From a virus (Duplodnaviria > Caudoviricetes), in IMG/VR virus record IMGVR_UViG_3300031576_000066, positions 1 through 50,369 of that record: DNA of 50,369 bases; one strand, given 5' to 3'. Below the pieces are notes generated by a model that saw only the letters and a program-made list of their open reading frames with translations, searched no databases and was not told where the DNA came from. How positions within the stretch are numbered: the stretch's first letter is position 1; each line of letters opens with the position of its first letter. Positions 28,469 to 37,757 of this stretch are shown in pieces. The position numbers were made by a program, and so were the translations under genes.

Positions 28469-30081
28469 TGGCGCTCCGCGACGACTTCAACAACCTCAAG
28501 GTGCAGATATTCTCGACCGGCACCAGCCCGATCATAGATGTGGATCGCTCATTAGAGTTGGCCCGCATCATACGGATGAACAAGGGCTTTCCGGGAGGCC
28601 TCTACCTGGCCCTGGAGGTATACGTCCCGCGCGATCCGTTTGTCACCTGGCAGGTGCGCAAGGGGCAACGGATCGTCGTTCGCAACGGGGCAGATATTTG
28701 TTGGGAAGGTGAGATCGTCACCATCGGCGATCACTTTGACCAGGGTGAGACAGGCAACATCCTGATCGCAGTCGGCTATTGGGCGCGCCTTCTCGGTCGC
28801 CGCGGATGGGAAAAGAGATGGGCCGACAATAGGCTCACGGATGATGTCTGGATCTACAACACCGGCCAGAACGGCGCCGAAAAATCCACAGTGGACCGGC
28901 AGAACCGCCTGCGCCACATCCCCAAGGGTGTCGCTTGGGGAATCAACGAGCAGGTGCAACTGCTTTACACCATGCCGACCGGCGAGACGGTCAAGCGGGT
29001 GAAGCTGTCTTATAACCTCCAAGAGGGGGCACAGGCATGGGAGTTGTTTCTCTATAACCAACTTACGTCCTCAACGATCTGGTCGGTCACCGCCAGTGGC
29101 ACCGGCGTGCGCGATGACACGCTCGGGACTCCATCACAATTGGTAGGTCTTTACTTTGCGGCACGCGCTGGTCAAACACCGACCGAAGACGGCACATATT
29201 TTGGCCAGATTGACAGCGAAGTGAGCGGCGCCAACGCACTGGTGGTTTACTCGGAAACGGGCGGGATCACGCCGACCTCCGTTGTACAAAACATCCGCGC
29301 CAAGGTCACAGAACTTGCGGCCACAAACCTGCTGATCGGCTCCAACACCTTCACCCTGGAGCCGTTTATCTCCAACGGGCGCGAGTCGATGACGAGCATT
29401 CTGGCGCGCGTCTGGGCTGTAGGGGATGGGTCTTTCAATAGCTGGGCCGCCTACATCGTTGAAAGCGACCTGAGCGGGCTAGGTGATGGGAAACCGGTGT
29501 TGGCGTTTGCTCAGTACCCGGCGCTCACCGATTGGGATTATGCGATCCGCATCGGCGAGGAGAACGTGATAGGCCCAATCGATCTGATGGACGACGCCGA
29601 GAATGTGATCAATTGGGTAGCGGTGAAGTACCGGGATGAGTTGAGCAACAGGGACGTGATCCTCACGCCAGACGACAATGCAAATCTCAAAGACACCACC
29701 AGCATTACCGAATTTGGAGAGCGCCACCTCGCCGATCCATTAGATGCGGGAGCGTCCAACGTGACGGTGGCGCTCAATTATGGTCGTCGGTTTCTCGCCG
29801 CCAACAAAGACCCGCGCTACTACGTGCGTGGCCCGATCCGTGTTCAGGATTACATCCGCGGCAAGGGCGGCAGAGAGATACCCGCCAGTCTGATCGGGAC
29901 AGGTAAGCGGATCAAAATTGAGAACTATGCCAGTGACCGGACGCCCACAGTGGGAGCGGGCCTGACATTCATTATGACCAGCGTGGACTATGACGGTCAG
30001 AGCCAGATCGCCAGCATCGGCACCGGAGTGCCCGATAGTCTGGCGGTGATGCTGGCCCAGCGTCCGTTTCGGCGCGGGTAA
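28468..30081 (+). CDS. baseplate hub/tail tip protein
   Basis: Position; ICWEGEI, DTTSITEFGER. Confidence 0.55.
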   Translation: MALRDDFNNLKVQIFSTGTSPIIDVDRSLELARIIRMNKGFPGGLYLALEVYVPRDPFVTWQVRKGQRIVVRNGADICWEGEIVTIGDHFDQGETGNILIAVGYWARLLGRRGWEKRWADNRLTDDVWIYNTGQNGAEKSTVDRQNRLRHIPKGVAWGINEQVQLLYTMPTGETVKRVKLSYNLQEGAQAWELFLYNQLTSSTIWSVTASGTGVRDDTLGTPSQLVGLYFAARAGQTPTEDGTYFGQIDSEVSGANALVVYSETGGITPTSVVQNIRAKVTELAATNLLIGSNTFTLEPFISNGRESMTSILARVWAVGDGSFNSWAAYIVESDLSGLGDGKPVLAFAQYPALTDWDYAIRIGEENVIGPIDLMDDAENVINWVAVKYRDELSNRDVILTPDDNANLKDTTSITEFGERHLADPLDAGASNVTVALNYGRRFLAANKDPRYYVRGPIRVQDYIRGKGGREIPASLIGTGKRIKIENYASDRTPTVGAGLTFIMTSVDYDGQSQIASIGTGVPDSLAVMLAQRPFRRG

Positions 30082-30087
30082 CGCAAG

Positions 30088-30624
30088 ATGTGGACTGAGG
30101 CAATCACCCTCGCGGCAGTCGCGGGTCTTTCATCGTTGATCACGGTGCTGCTCAACCGTGTCTTTGACGCCTGGCAGGCACGCCGGCAGGAGCCGATTCA
30201 AAAGCTGTCCGCCTCAGAGAGCCTGGCCAACGCGGCGGCGACCGCTGGCAGCCAGCTCACGGAAACGCTCAACCAACTGGAGGCCAAGGTCGAAGCCTTG
30301 CAAGAGTGCAAGCAAACACTTGGCAAGCAAGAGATCGAGATCGGCATCCTCAAGACCGGTCAGGCTCAGGTCGTCGAACTCAACTCCAAAGTCACTATGC
30401 TGGAGCACCGCCAGGCCAGCAACATGGCGACCATCGCCATGCTCACCCAGCACGCCGCCGACTCAATGCGCCTCAACACGCAGTTGCACAGTGAGAACGC
30501 GCCGTTACGTGAGCGCTTGCGCGATCTGGAGTCCAAGGTCGCGGAGGTGGAGCGAAACCAGAAAACGGGCGGGACCGGGCCGCTCAAGGCGAAAGATGCT
30601 CACCCGCCAGACGCCACCGGCTGA
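30088..30624 (+). CDS. N-terminal TM plus coiled-coil protein (lysis-associated?)
   Basis: Hydrophobic N-terminus followed by heptad-rich sequence. Confidence 0.55.
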   Translation: MWTEAITLAAVAGLSSLITVLLNRVFDAWQARRQEPIQKLSASESLANAAATAGSQLTETLNQLEAKVEALQECKQTLGKQEIEIGILKTGQAQVVELNSKVTMLEHRQASNMATIAMLTQHAADSMRLNTQLHSENAPLRERLRDLESKVAEVERNQKTGGTGPLKAKDAHPPDATG

Positions 30625-30821
30625 CCTGCACAGCGAGCTAGATGCCCTGCGCCTGGAGTTGGGCAGGGCGAGGGTGCGCGCCGCCATGCTTGATGTGCAG
30701 CTCAGTTATGCCCGCTCACCATCGCCAACATGATCGCCGATGCCAGGCAGGTGGAATGCCCGGTATGCAAGTTAGACCTGTTTAGCCGTGGGCTTGGACC
30801 CACTCATAAAGGAGATGTGAA

Positions 30822-31259
30822 ATGGATAAACCCAACCCGCTTGACTTCATCAAGGATTGGATCAAGCGCCCTGAGGTCGTCACGTTGATCGTGGCGGCGC
30901 TCGTGTCCGCCGCCGCGTACCTGGGCCTGCCAGCCCGCGCCGGTCTGGACGTGCCACAAGACTCGGTGGCAAAGGTCGTACTCGCCTTCTGGGCCGTGTT
31001 CGTGGGGGCCGTGTTTGAGGGAAAGTACAAAGGCACCGACTACCGGACGAACTTCGGTGGACTGCTCAACTCTTTCAAGTTCCGCGCCGCGGCCTCGACC
31101 ATCGGGGTGCTGGTGCTGGGGGCAGTGCTGAAGACGGTTGGCGCGGATGTTCCAGACGAGTCGCTGCCGGCATTGATGGACTTCCTGATCGCCGCAATTC
31201 TGGGTAAGGCCGCCATTGACAGCCACGCGGTTGCAGTGAGCAACGCACAACGTCAGTAG
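30822..31259 (+). CDS. multi-TM holin-like protein
   Basis: AAGGAG RBS, about 4 hydrophobic segments, lysis-module position. Confidence 0.5.
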   Translation: MDKPNPLDFIKDWIKRPEVVTLIVAALVSAAAYLGLPARAGLDVPQDSVAKVVLAFWAVFVGAVFEGKYKGTDYRTNFGGLLNSFKFRAAASTIGVLVLGAVLKTVGADVPDESLPALMDFLIAAILGKAAIDSHAVAVSNAQRQ

Positions 31260-31268
31260 CGCCCACGG

Positions 31269-31297
31269 AGGGGCGGGGCAACCCGCCCCTTTTTCTT
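31269..31297 (+). terminator. intrinsic terminator
   Basis: AGGGGCGGG-GCAA-CCCGCCCCT followed by TTTTCTT. Confidence 0.75.
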
Positions 31298-31299
31298 AG

Positions 31300-32220
31300 A
31301 TGAAAACTGAGAATGGGTTGGTAGTGGCTCTGGTTAGTGACACGCACGGCGGATCGAAGTTTGCCCTGCTGAATCCGGCGGTCAAGCTAACCGATCCCGA
31401 CAGTGGCGAAACCTGGACGCCCGCGCTCAACGGCTTTCAGAAAAAACTATGGGACTGGTACACGAAAGACATTGAGCAGGTCATGAAGCTGGCTGCCGGC
31501 CGCCCGGTGGTCCTAATCCACGTGGGCGACCCGACGCAGGGCAACCGCTTCGGGAAAGAGATGGTCAGTTCAAACGCGGCGGATCACGTCATGATCGCGG
31601 TGGCGAATTTAGCGCCCTGGCTGGCTCACCCGAACGTGGGACACGTCCGCCACATCGTGGGGACCGGCCTCCACGAGTTTAACGAGGGCGCGGCCTCGAT
31701 CTTGATCCACCAGATCGTCAAGGCGACTTATCCGAACGTGGACTCGCGCGTGGTTTATCACGCACTGAGCAGGGTAGGGGGAGTGGCGTTTGACCTGGCC
31801 CACCATGGCCCCCACCCAGGCTCGCGCAATTGGTTGCGGGGCAATGTCCTGCGGCTCTACACGCGCTCGCTCATGCAGGACGAGATTGACGCGGGCAAGG
31901 CGCCGCCCGCCTTCGTGATCCGGGGGCATTATCACGTTTACACCAGCGAAGTCGTTACGCTTGGGGAGCACGAGACGAGGGCCATCATCCTGCCAAGCTG
32001 GCAATACCCTTACGAGTACGTCCGAAAAGCAGGTCAAAGCCCGGCTCGTGTTTCATTCGGCATGGTGGCAATCGAGATCGTCAACGGAAAGCCGTCAGAA
32101 CCGCACAAATTCAAACGCACGATTGATCATCGCACCTCGGAGGTGCTACATGAGCAAGGTCGTCAAACAGGTAGAGGCGCTGCTAAGAGAGATCGTCGCG
32201 CCGCACATTCCAGAAAATAG
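31300..32220 (+). CDS. calcineurin-like metallophosphoesterase
   Basis: SDTH, GD, GTGLHE, HHG and GHYH motifs. Confidence 0.8.
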   Translation: MKTENGLVVALVSDTHGGSKFALLNPAVKLTDPDSGETWTPALNGFQKKLWDWYTKDIEQVMKLAAGRPVVLIHVGDPTQGNRFGKEMVSSNAADHVMIAVANLAPWLAHPNVGHVRHIVGTGLHEFNEGAASILIHQIVKATYPNVDSRVVYHALSRVGGVAFDLAHHGPHPGSRNWLRGNVLRLYTRSLMQDEIDAGKAPPAFVIRGHYHVYTSEVVTLGEHETRAIILPSWQYPYEYVRKAGQSPARVSFGMVAIEIVNGKPSEPHKFKRTIDHRTSEVLHEQGRQTGRGAAKRDRRAAHSRK

Positions 32221-32425
32221 TTTTACGATGTCCGACGCCATCGAAATGGCCGCCCGCGAAGGGGCAAACTCAAGTTGGTCAGCGGTAAATCGCTGACTCA
32301 CCAAGGCCGTGAGGGAGGGTTTGCTCGAGTCCAAGAAAGTGGAGAATCGGCTCTACTTCTGGCAGCGCTCGTTTCCTGGGTGCGGAGATATTGAGCGTAC
32401 CGCAGAAGCTCGCGGCGGTTCTTGA
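32150..32425 (+). pseudogene. winged-helix protein interrupted by an in-frame TGA (32294-32296)
   Basis: GGAGGTG RBS; SWSAVNR*LTKAVREGLLESKKVENRLYFW is a continuous wHTH pattern. Confidence 0.55.
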
Positions 32426-32714
32426 GAGACAGCCCTACGGCCACCTCCTGAACCTCAGTCAGTATCTTGTCGTTTTCGGTGGGGGGCAGTTCAATGCCAA
32501 CCAGGATGCGCAGGATGCGGCGGTTGTCACCAAAGAAGTCAGCGATAGCGTCGAGGCGCTTAGGGGCGGGAGAGAAACGGCCCGTGGCGATTGCGTGGAT
32601 GTAGCCGTGGCCGGACTTGATTTCTTCGCTGAGGGCCTGAAACGAGACGCCACGCTCACGACACCTCTGCTCAAGGTAGTCGCCTAAGCTTTCAAACCCG
32701 GCAAATTTAGCCAC
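32298..32714 (-). CDS. XRE-family HTH repressor
   Basis: SLGDYLEQRCRERGVSFQALSEEI...YIHAIATG...P...LDAIADFF; GGAGG RBS before GTG. Confidence 0.8.
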   Translation of the reverse strand: MAKFAGFESLGDYLEQRCRERGVSFQALSEEIKSGHGYIHAIATGRFSPAPKRLDAIADFFGDNRRILRILVGIELPPTENDKILTEVQEVAVGLSLKNRRELLRYAQYLRTQETSAARSRADSPLSWTRANPPSRPW

Positions 32715-32740
32715 AGTGCCTCCGGCTGATCTATCCATAG

Positions 32741-32769
32741 ATAATAGATAAATCAGTCGGGTTTGTCAA
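32741..32769 (-). promoter_or_regulatory. sigma70-type promoter of the repressor
   Basis: TTGACA-17 nt-TATTAT, overlapped by an inverted repeat. Confidence 0.65.
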
Positions 32770-32779
32770 CGCCCCGTAT

Positions 32780-32980
32780 TCACCTAGCAACGCTGGCCGT
32801 GAACTTTTCGAGTTCTTCGGCCAGCCAGCGGTAGAAGCTGGCCATGTTCTGAGCCGTGAGCTGGCCCCAATCCCCGAGCCGCCAAGACTCCAGCATCGTT
32901 TGAGCTTCGTCCTGGAGCCGTAGCTCGCCCTCCTCGATCTGGCGGATAGGTGCTATGTGACCATTTGTTTTCGATTGCAT
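32780..32980 (-). CDS. hypothetical protein
   Basis: GGGAG RBS; TATAAT upstream. Confidence 0.5.
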   Translation of the reverse strand: MQSKTNGHIAPIRQIEEGELRLQDEAQTMLESWRLGDWGQLTAQNMASFYRWLAEELEKFTASVAR

Positions 32981-33088
32981 GGCCTGGCTCCCCGATTGAT
33001 TGGATGGTACAAACGCTCTCGATAGGTGGTTAGATTATAAAGAGTAATTGTTCTATCACGTACCTGGTACTCTAGTCGTATGACCACA

Positions 33089-33117
33089 TTGACGTTTTGG
33101 GGGTCGTTTGTTACCAT
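33089..33117 (+). promoter_or_regulatory. sigma70-type promoter facing the integrase
   Basis: TTGACG-17 nt-TACCAT with a TG extension. Confidence 0.55.
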
Positions 33118-33150
33118 CCGCGCAGTCTTGAAACCAAATTCTATTGCCTG

Positions 33151-33216
33151 AAAAAAAAGACGGCTGATTTGTTTGCCGCCTTATACAGCAGGCACACACG
33201 ACTCAATCAGTCGTCT
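33151..33216 (-). terminator. long-loop hairpin with U8 (possible terminator)
   Basis: AGACGGCTGATT...AATCAGTCGTCT preceded by A8 on the + strand. Confidence 0.45.
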
Positions 33217-33493
33217 CCAGCCCATCCCCGTCAACTTTCGTTTTAGACCTGGGTAATTACTCGCCCAAGAAGCTGACGAATTTCGACGGGAAAATAGGGC
33301 CTTCTGACTGCTTTGCTCGATTGACGGGCGGCTGATTGCTTCCTTGAAAGGAGGTGTAAATCAGCCGCTCGCGATGTTTCAGGTTGGTTTAGATGAGGCA
33401 CGCTGACGACAGCTTTTTTAGCGGCGGATGTTTTCTGAGTCAATGGCAGACAACACCCGCCAATAGACTCGACAACATCGAAAGGATATTATT

Positions 33494-34543
33494 ATGGAAG
33501 ACAAGCCGCATAGGGAAAAGGTCATGATCACACTGCCGATGCTTTCAGAGTTCTACCTGTCCGATATGTCTCTGAGGAATTGATCCAGCGACACGCTGGA
33601 GAATAATGGGGGTTGGCTCAAGAGATTCCGCGTGTTTTTGGAGTCGCGCGGTCACACGCTGGCGATGGGGCAGATCGCGATAGAGGATGCCAGGGCCTAC
33701 ATCGCCGATCTGCAATCGCGGGATGAGCGCTGGTTGAACCATCCGCTTCATCTACTCATGCACCAGGAGAAAAAGGCCGGGGCGCTGGCGCCGAGCACCA
33801 TCTCATCCGCGGCGCGTGTCCTGCGGGCGTTTGGCAATTGGATGGCGCGCAACGGTTACGGCAACCCATTCGCGGGCCTGCAAATGCCCTCGGTGCCCAA
33901 GACCTTGATCGATCCGCTCACCCACGAGGAGATGTCGCGCCTGGTGGAGTGCATCAACCCCGACATCACCGGCGGGGCGCGGAATTATGCGCTGACCATT
34001 CTTCTCTTGGATACGGGTCTGCGCGCCAGCGAGGCCGCTGGCCTGCGCCTATCGCATGTAGATTTTCAGCGCCGGTGTTTGAAAGTAACAGGGAAGGGGG
34101 ATAAGGAAAGGCTGGTGCCGTTCGGCCAGCGCGCGACGAAGGCCCTGATGCGCTACACAACTGTCTTTCGCCCCGAGCCTGCCAACGCCGAGTCGAGCGA
34201 TTGGTTCTTCCTGAGTGTGGACGGCTACGGCCTGACGTACAACGCGATTGATCGAATCTTCAGGCGGCTTCGTGAGCGCGCGAACGTCCCGCGCCTGCAT
34301 GCACATCTTCTGCGCCATACGTTCGCCGTCAACTATCTGATGAACGGCGGGGATATTGTGACTCTGCAAATGATCCTAGGGCATGAGTCGCTGGAGATTA
34401 CGCGCCGCTACCTGCATCTGTCCAAGCAGCAGATCATGGCCCAGCACCAGAGCTTTAGCCCGATGGACCGGATCGAGATCGGCGAGCCGCGCCGCAGGTT
34501 CAAGCACCCGCCGAAAACCTCACCGGCTCCGGCATCCCCATAG
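33494..34543 (+). CDS. int: tyrosine integrase (XerC/D-like) with an in-frame TGA at codon 30
   Basis: Catalytic TGLRASE, GKGDKER, HLLRH, LGH and Y; AAAGGA RBS at ATG 33494; TGA at 33581-33583. Confidence 0.9.
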
Positions 34544-34774
34544 GGCAGTGATGAGGGGGAGTTGACCGGTCGCCTTCAAAAGTTCGTCAACGCCATACAC
34601 ATCCAGGCCGAGGCCGATCCCCAGCCGGATCACCACGTTTCGGCCTGGATTGATGGCCTTGCCCGAGGCGAGGCGGTGGATATACGCCACGTCCACTGCG
34701 CTGCGCTCGGCGAGTTGTTGGTAAGACAGGCCAGACTCGGCGATCTGCTTTTTGAGATAGTGTGCGAAGTTCAT
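34520..34774 (-). CDS. XRE-family HTH regulator
   Basis: LSYQQLAERSAVDVAYIHRLASG..NPGR. Confidence 0.85.
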   Translation of the reverse strand: MNFAHYLKKQIAESGLSYQQLAERSAVDVAYIHRLASGKAINPGRNVVIRLGIGLGLDVYGVDELLKATGQLPLITALWGCRSR

Positions 34775-34790
34775 AGCATCCTCACGGTCA

Positions 34791-35507
34791 TCATTTCACT
34801 ATGCGCTTGCGTCCGGGGACGAAAGGCTTATGAGATACATTTGACCTATCATCGGGGTGGTGGGGGCAGTAGCCATAGAAACCACGGACTATGTTGCAGT
34901 TGAAACAGAGGAGCCGATAATTGTCTTTGGGGAATCCGAGGCGGATCAGATCGGCGTATATCCTTCTCCCCTTGCCAACAATACGACGATGTAGGGCACC
35001 ATCGTTGTTGATATGATCGATGGTCAGAAATTCGATCATAGACTCGCCGCAGCACTCGCACTTGCCGCCGTAGGCATCGACGACCTGGCGCTTTGTCTCT
35101 CGGTCTTTGGCCTTCTTTTTGGCAAGAATGGATAAGCGGTTTTCAGAGTAATAGCCATTTGCGCGGCTTCGGCGCGCATCGCTGTGCTTGCGGTAATCGA
35201 TCTTGTCCTTTTCGTGCTTAGCGCGAACGACTCCATCGCCACCTCGACTGATCGAGTTTACAACGCCGGTCCAGGCCGCGCGGCACTCGGGCGAACAAAA
35301 ACACAAGCCGCTCTTAGACTCCCGCCGGTTGGTAGCATAGTCAACTATCTCTGTCTCGCACACACTGCACCGAGTGACAAGCATTTCGGGCGGCTGGCCA
35401 TGCTTTTGGATGTAGCGCGCCCTGGCGGCGCAGGGCTTGCATCTGACTGGAGAGTCGTGGCCTGTAAGCACTTTCCCGCAATCTAAGCACTTGATTTGAT
35501 CGCCCAT
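34791..35507 (-). CDS. HNH-type endonuclease with zinc fingers
   Basis: YGGKCECCG...LTIDHINNDG...LCFNCN. Confidence 0.8.
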   Translation of the reverse strand: MGDQIKCLDCGKVLTGHDSPVRCKPCAARARYIQKHGQPPEMLVTRCSVCETEIVDYATNRRESKSGLCFCSPECRAAWTGVVNSISRGGDGVVRAKHEKDKIDYRKHSDARRSRANGYYSENRLSILAKKKAKDRETKRQVVDAYGGKCECCGESMIEFLTIDHINNDGALHRRIVGKGRRIYADLIRLGFPKDNYRLLCFNCNIVRGFYGYCPHHPDDRSNVSHKPFVPGRKRIVK

Positions 35508-37114
35508 ATCACTTCCTCATGATCGATAGCAGGGCTACCTCGTTTTTCAGCCAAACGCCTAAAGAAACTTTTCCGAGAGGTCTTTTTGGTGTGCGTCTCG
35601 CCAAACATATCAGTTGCCGCCTTCTCTTTCACGAGCATGGCATGGCACCGCTCGCGGACCTCGAAGCCGATGGCGGTCAGGAGTTGGGCGGTCTGGTCGC
35701 ACAGGGGCGCGATCTTCTTATTCTTCACGTAATTTTTTACGACCACTGCTGCGGCCCCACCTGAAGGAAGTAGTTGGTAGAGTTCTTGGTACACCTTGGC
35801 GACCGCCGTCCAATATGTCTCGCCTTCGGTCAAGCCGATCTGACCATCAGCGTCACCATATCGGGCGGTTGCCGTGGCACCATTCAGGCCGACAGCCTGA
35901 ATGGTGCCTCCCTTTAGGTAGCTTGGGCTAGGATCGTTACCGCCGGTGTGTGAGCTTCCGTCAGCGTACGGCGGGGATGTGAGTATGCCCGCGATCTTGT
36001 CCACATCGCCGGCGGGCATGGCGCTGAGTTGGCCAGGCGTGGCACCGTACTTCTCCGACTCCATTTGAGCGAGGGCGCGCGGACTCTTGCCAGTGCGGGC
36101 AAAGTCGCCGCCGTAGGTGGTCCCGTTCGTTTTGCTGGCAATGTCCGTGTCGGCATAAGGCGGAGACAGCACCGCGCCCACTACTTTTTCGACATCGCCC
36201 TCGGGCATGGCGTTGATCTGCCCATCGCTCGCGCCGTAGCCGGCGCCGTTGCGCATACTGCCGAGGTGCCGCTCAAATACGCCGGGGTTCAGAGCGTTCA
36301 TAGGGCCGCTCGATGCCTCGCCAGTGCCGCCCGAGTTGCCAGCGAAGGGCGGGGAGAGCAGGGCGCCGGAGATGTCACCGACAGGCAGGGCAGCAATGTT
36401 GCCCTCGCTCGTGCCCTGCCGGTCCACGGTGTACGAGCGCTGCATTACTTCGGTCACGTTGCCAGGTTGCAAGGGTGAGCGGTCGCGCGTCTCGGGCAGA
36501 GAGAAGGGGGGAGATGTAATTATGCCTTTCACGGTTTCTGTGAAAGGCATAATCCCAAGAGCACAGGCCACATGCTGGCGCAATTTCCGGCTATCGCCTT
36601 GCAATATCATAGGCACAGGCAGGCCCATCGTGGCCCACTTGCGCGCGTTCAAGAAAATGTTACCCACGTATCGGTGCGCCGGTTGGAATGGGATTAGGCC
36701 GTCACCCTGATACTCCAGCGTGCCCTGATCCTTGCGGACCGTCTCGCCCTTGCCGGACTGGCACGCAGGGCACAGGTCCTTGATATGCCCAAAGCGGCCC
36801 TGCCAACGGCACCACTGCGCTTTGCTCACGCCTGGGCAATCGTGGCCGACGGCCATGCGGTAGAACTTCGGCTCCAGCTCAACGCCGATGACACGATAGC
36901 CGCGATAAGCGCCCACCACGCCAGTAGTGAAGATGCCGGCGAATGGGTCGAGAATAATGTCGCCTGGCTTCCAGTAACCCATAGCCTCGCCGTGATCGAG
37001 GATGCGCTCCGTCAGGCCGCGCGCCATCTTCGCAGGATGAGCAAAGCTGGCCTTGGTCACCAGACCTTTCAGGCTTGAGTCGTAGCAGTTGTGCCAGGTA
37101 GTGATCTTCGCCAT
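35483..37114 (-). CDS. amino (N4C/N6A) DNA methyltransferase with four SPP[FY] repeats
   Basis: HPAKM, ILDPFAG, GVELE; TSPPF, LSPPF, LSPPY, TSPPY. Confidence 0.8.
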   Translation of the reverse strand: MAKITTWHNCYDSSLKGLVTKASFAHPAKMARGLTERILDHGEAMGYWKPGDIILDPFAGIFTTGVVGAYRGYRVIGVELEPKFYRMAVGHDCPGVSKAQWCRWQGRFGHIKDLCPACQSGKGETVRKDQGTLEYQGDGLIPFQPAHRYVGNIFLNARKWATMGLPVPMILQGDSRKLRQHVACALGIMPFTETVKGIITSPPFSLPETRDRSPLQPGNVTEVMQRSYTVDRQGTSEGNIAALPVGDISGALLSPPFAGNSGGTGEASSGPMNALNPGVFERHLGSMRNGAGYGASDGQINAMPEGDVEKVVGAVLSPPYADTDIASKTNGTTYGGDFARTGKSPRALAQMESEKYGATPGQLSAMPAGDVDKIAGILTSPPYADGSSHTGGNDPSPSYLKGGTIQAVGLNGATATARYGDADGQIGLTEGETYWTAVAKVYQELYQLLPSGGAAAVVVKNYVKNKKIAPLCDQTAQLLTAIGFEVRERCHAMLVKEKAATDMFGETHTKKTSRKSFFRRLAEKRGSPAIDHEEVIWAIKSSA

Positions 37115-37233
37115 GGTGATCCTTTCAGCGCCAACGCGCTGGGTGTGAACGTTTCAAGCGACTCAGTCCAACGCCCAAGATGAGCAGGAAGGTGCCGCTA
37201 CAGAACAGCATCGACTCCCACATACACACCTCC

Positions 37234-37469
37234 TCACAACTCAAGCGCGAGTTGCGGCGATGGTTCGGACTCTTCGGCCTCGTGAGGGCAGGCGCGCATA
37301 TTCTCGCGAACATATCCCACGGTCACGCGCTCGATCACCAAGCCTGACGTGATGAACTCGGCGACCGCTCTAGCCACGCTCCTGGGGTCGGTTCCATCGT
37401 CCACATTGCGGCTAAAACACAGCCACACTTAGCGCGACCGATGTAGGCGGGGACTTCTTCGTTAGCCAT
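37234..37469 (-). pseudogene. small phage protein with a 1-nt frameshift near 37405
   Basis: AAGGAG RBS and MANEEVPAYIGRAKCGCVLAA continue in another frame as VDDGTDPRSVARAVAEFI. Confidence 0.5.
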
Positions 37470-37540
37470 TGCAGACTCCTTTTGGGGCAGTGGGGTAGTA
37501 CATGAAATCGTGTAATATAATGTAGAATAGAATTGTCACG

Positions 37541-37753
37541 CTAGAAGGGGTCCCAAGATCGGCGTGGATTTGCCGCTGTTGGACGACCCGGCGCTCGGCG
37601 CTCTTTTTCGTAGCGATCAATCGCCGCCTGGGTGATGTGCCAGGCGCGGCCCACCTTGACGGCTTTGATAAGCCCGCGATTGATAAATTTCCTCAGGCTA
37701 TCGGGTGACAGTTTCAGAAGGGGCGCGGCATCTTTCAGGGCATAGGTTTGCAC
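37541..37753 (-). CDS. HTH_17/excisionase-like DNA-binding protein
   Basis: YALKDAAPLLKLSPDSLRKFINRGLIKAVKVGRAWHI. Confidence 0.8.
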   Translation of the reverse strand: MQTYALKDAAPLLKLSPDSLRKFINRGLIKAVKVGRAWHITQAAIDRYEKERRAPGRPTAANPRRSWDPF

Positions 37754-37757
37754 ACCA

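Noticed and set aside
33040-33054. Gram-positive-type LexA box (also GAACATTTTTTC at 7431-7442)
   Set aside because: Only one good half-site each; cannot be supported without knowing the host consensus.
33346-33406. Type I toxin ORF behind the sequestered GAAAGGAGGTG
   Set aside because: The nearest ATG is too far away and encodes a 10-aa non-hydrophobic peptide.
34211-34222. CTGAGTGTGGAC match to the repeated terminator loop
   Set aside because: Lies in the integrase coding sequence without the stem or U-tract; likely chance.
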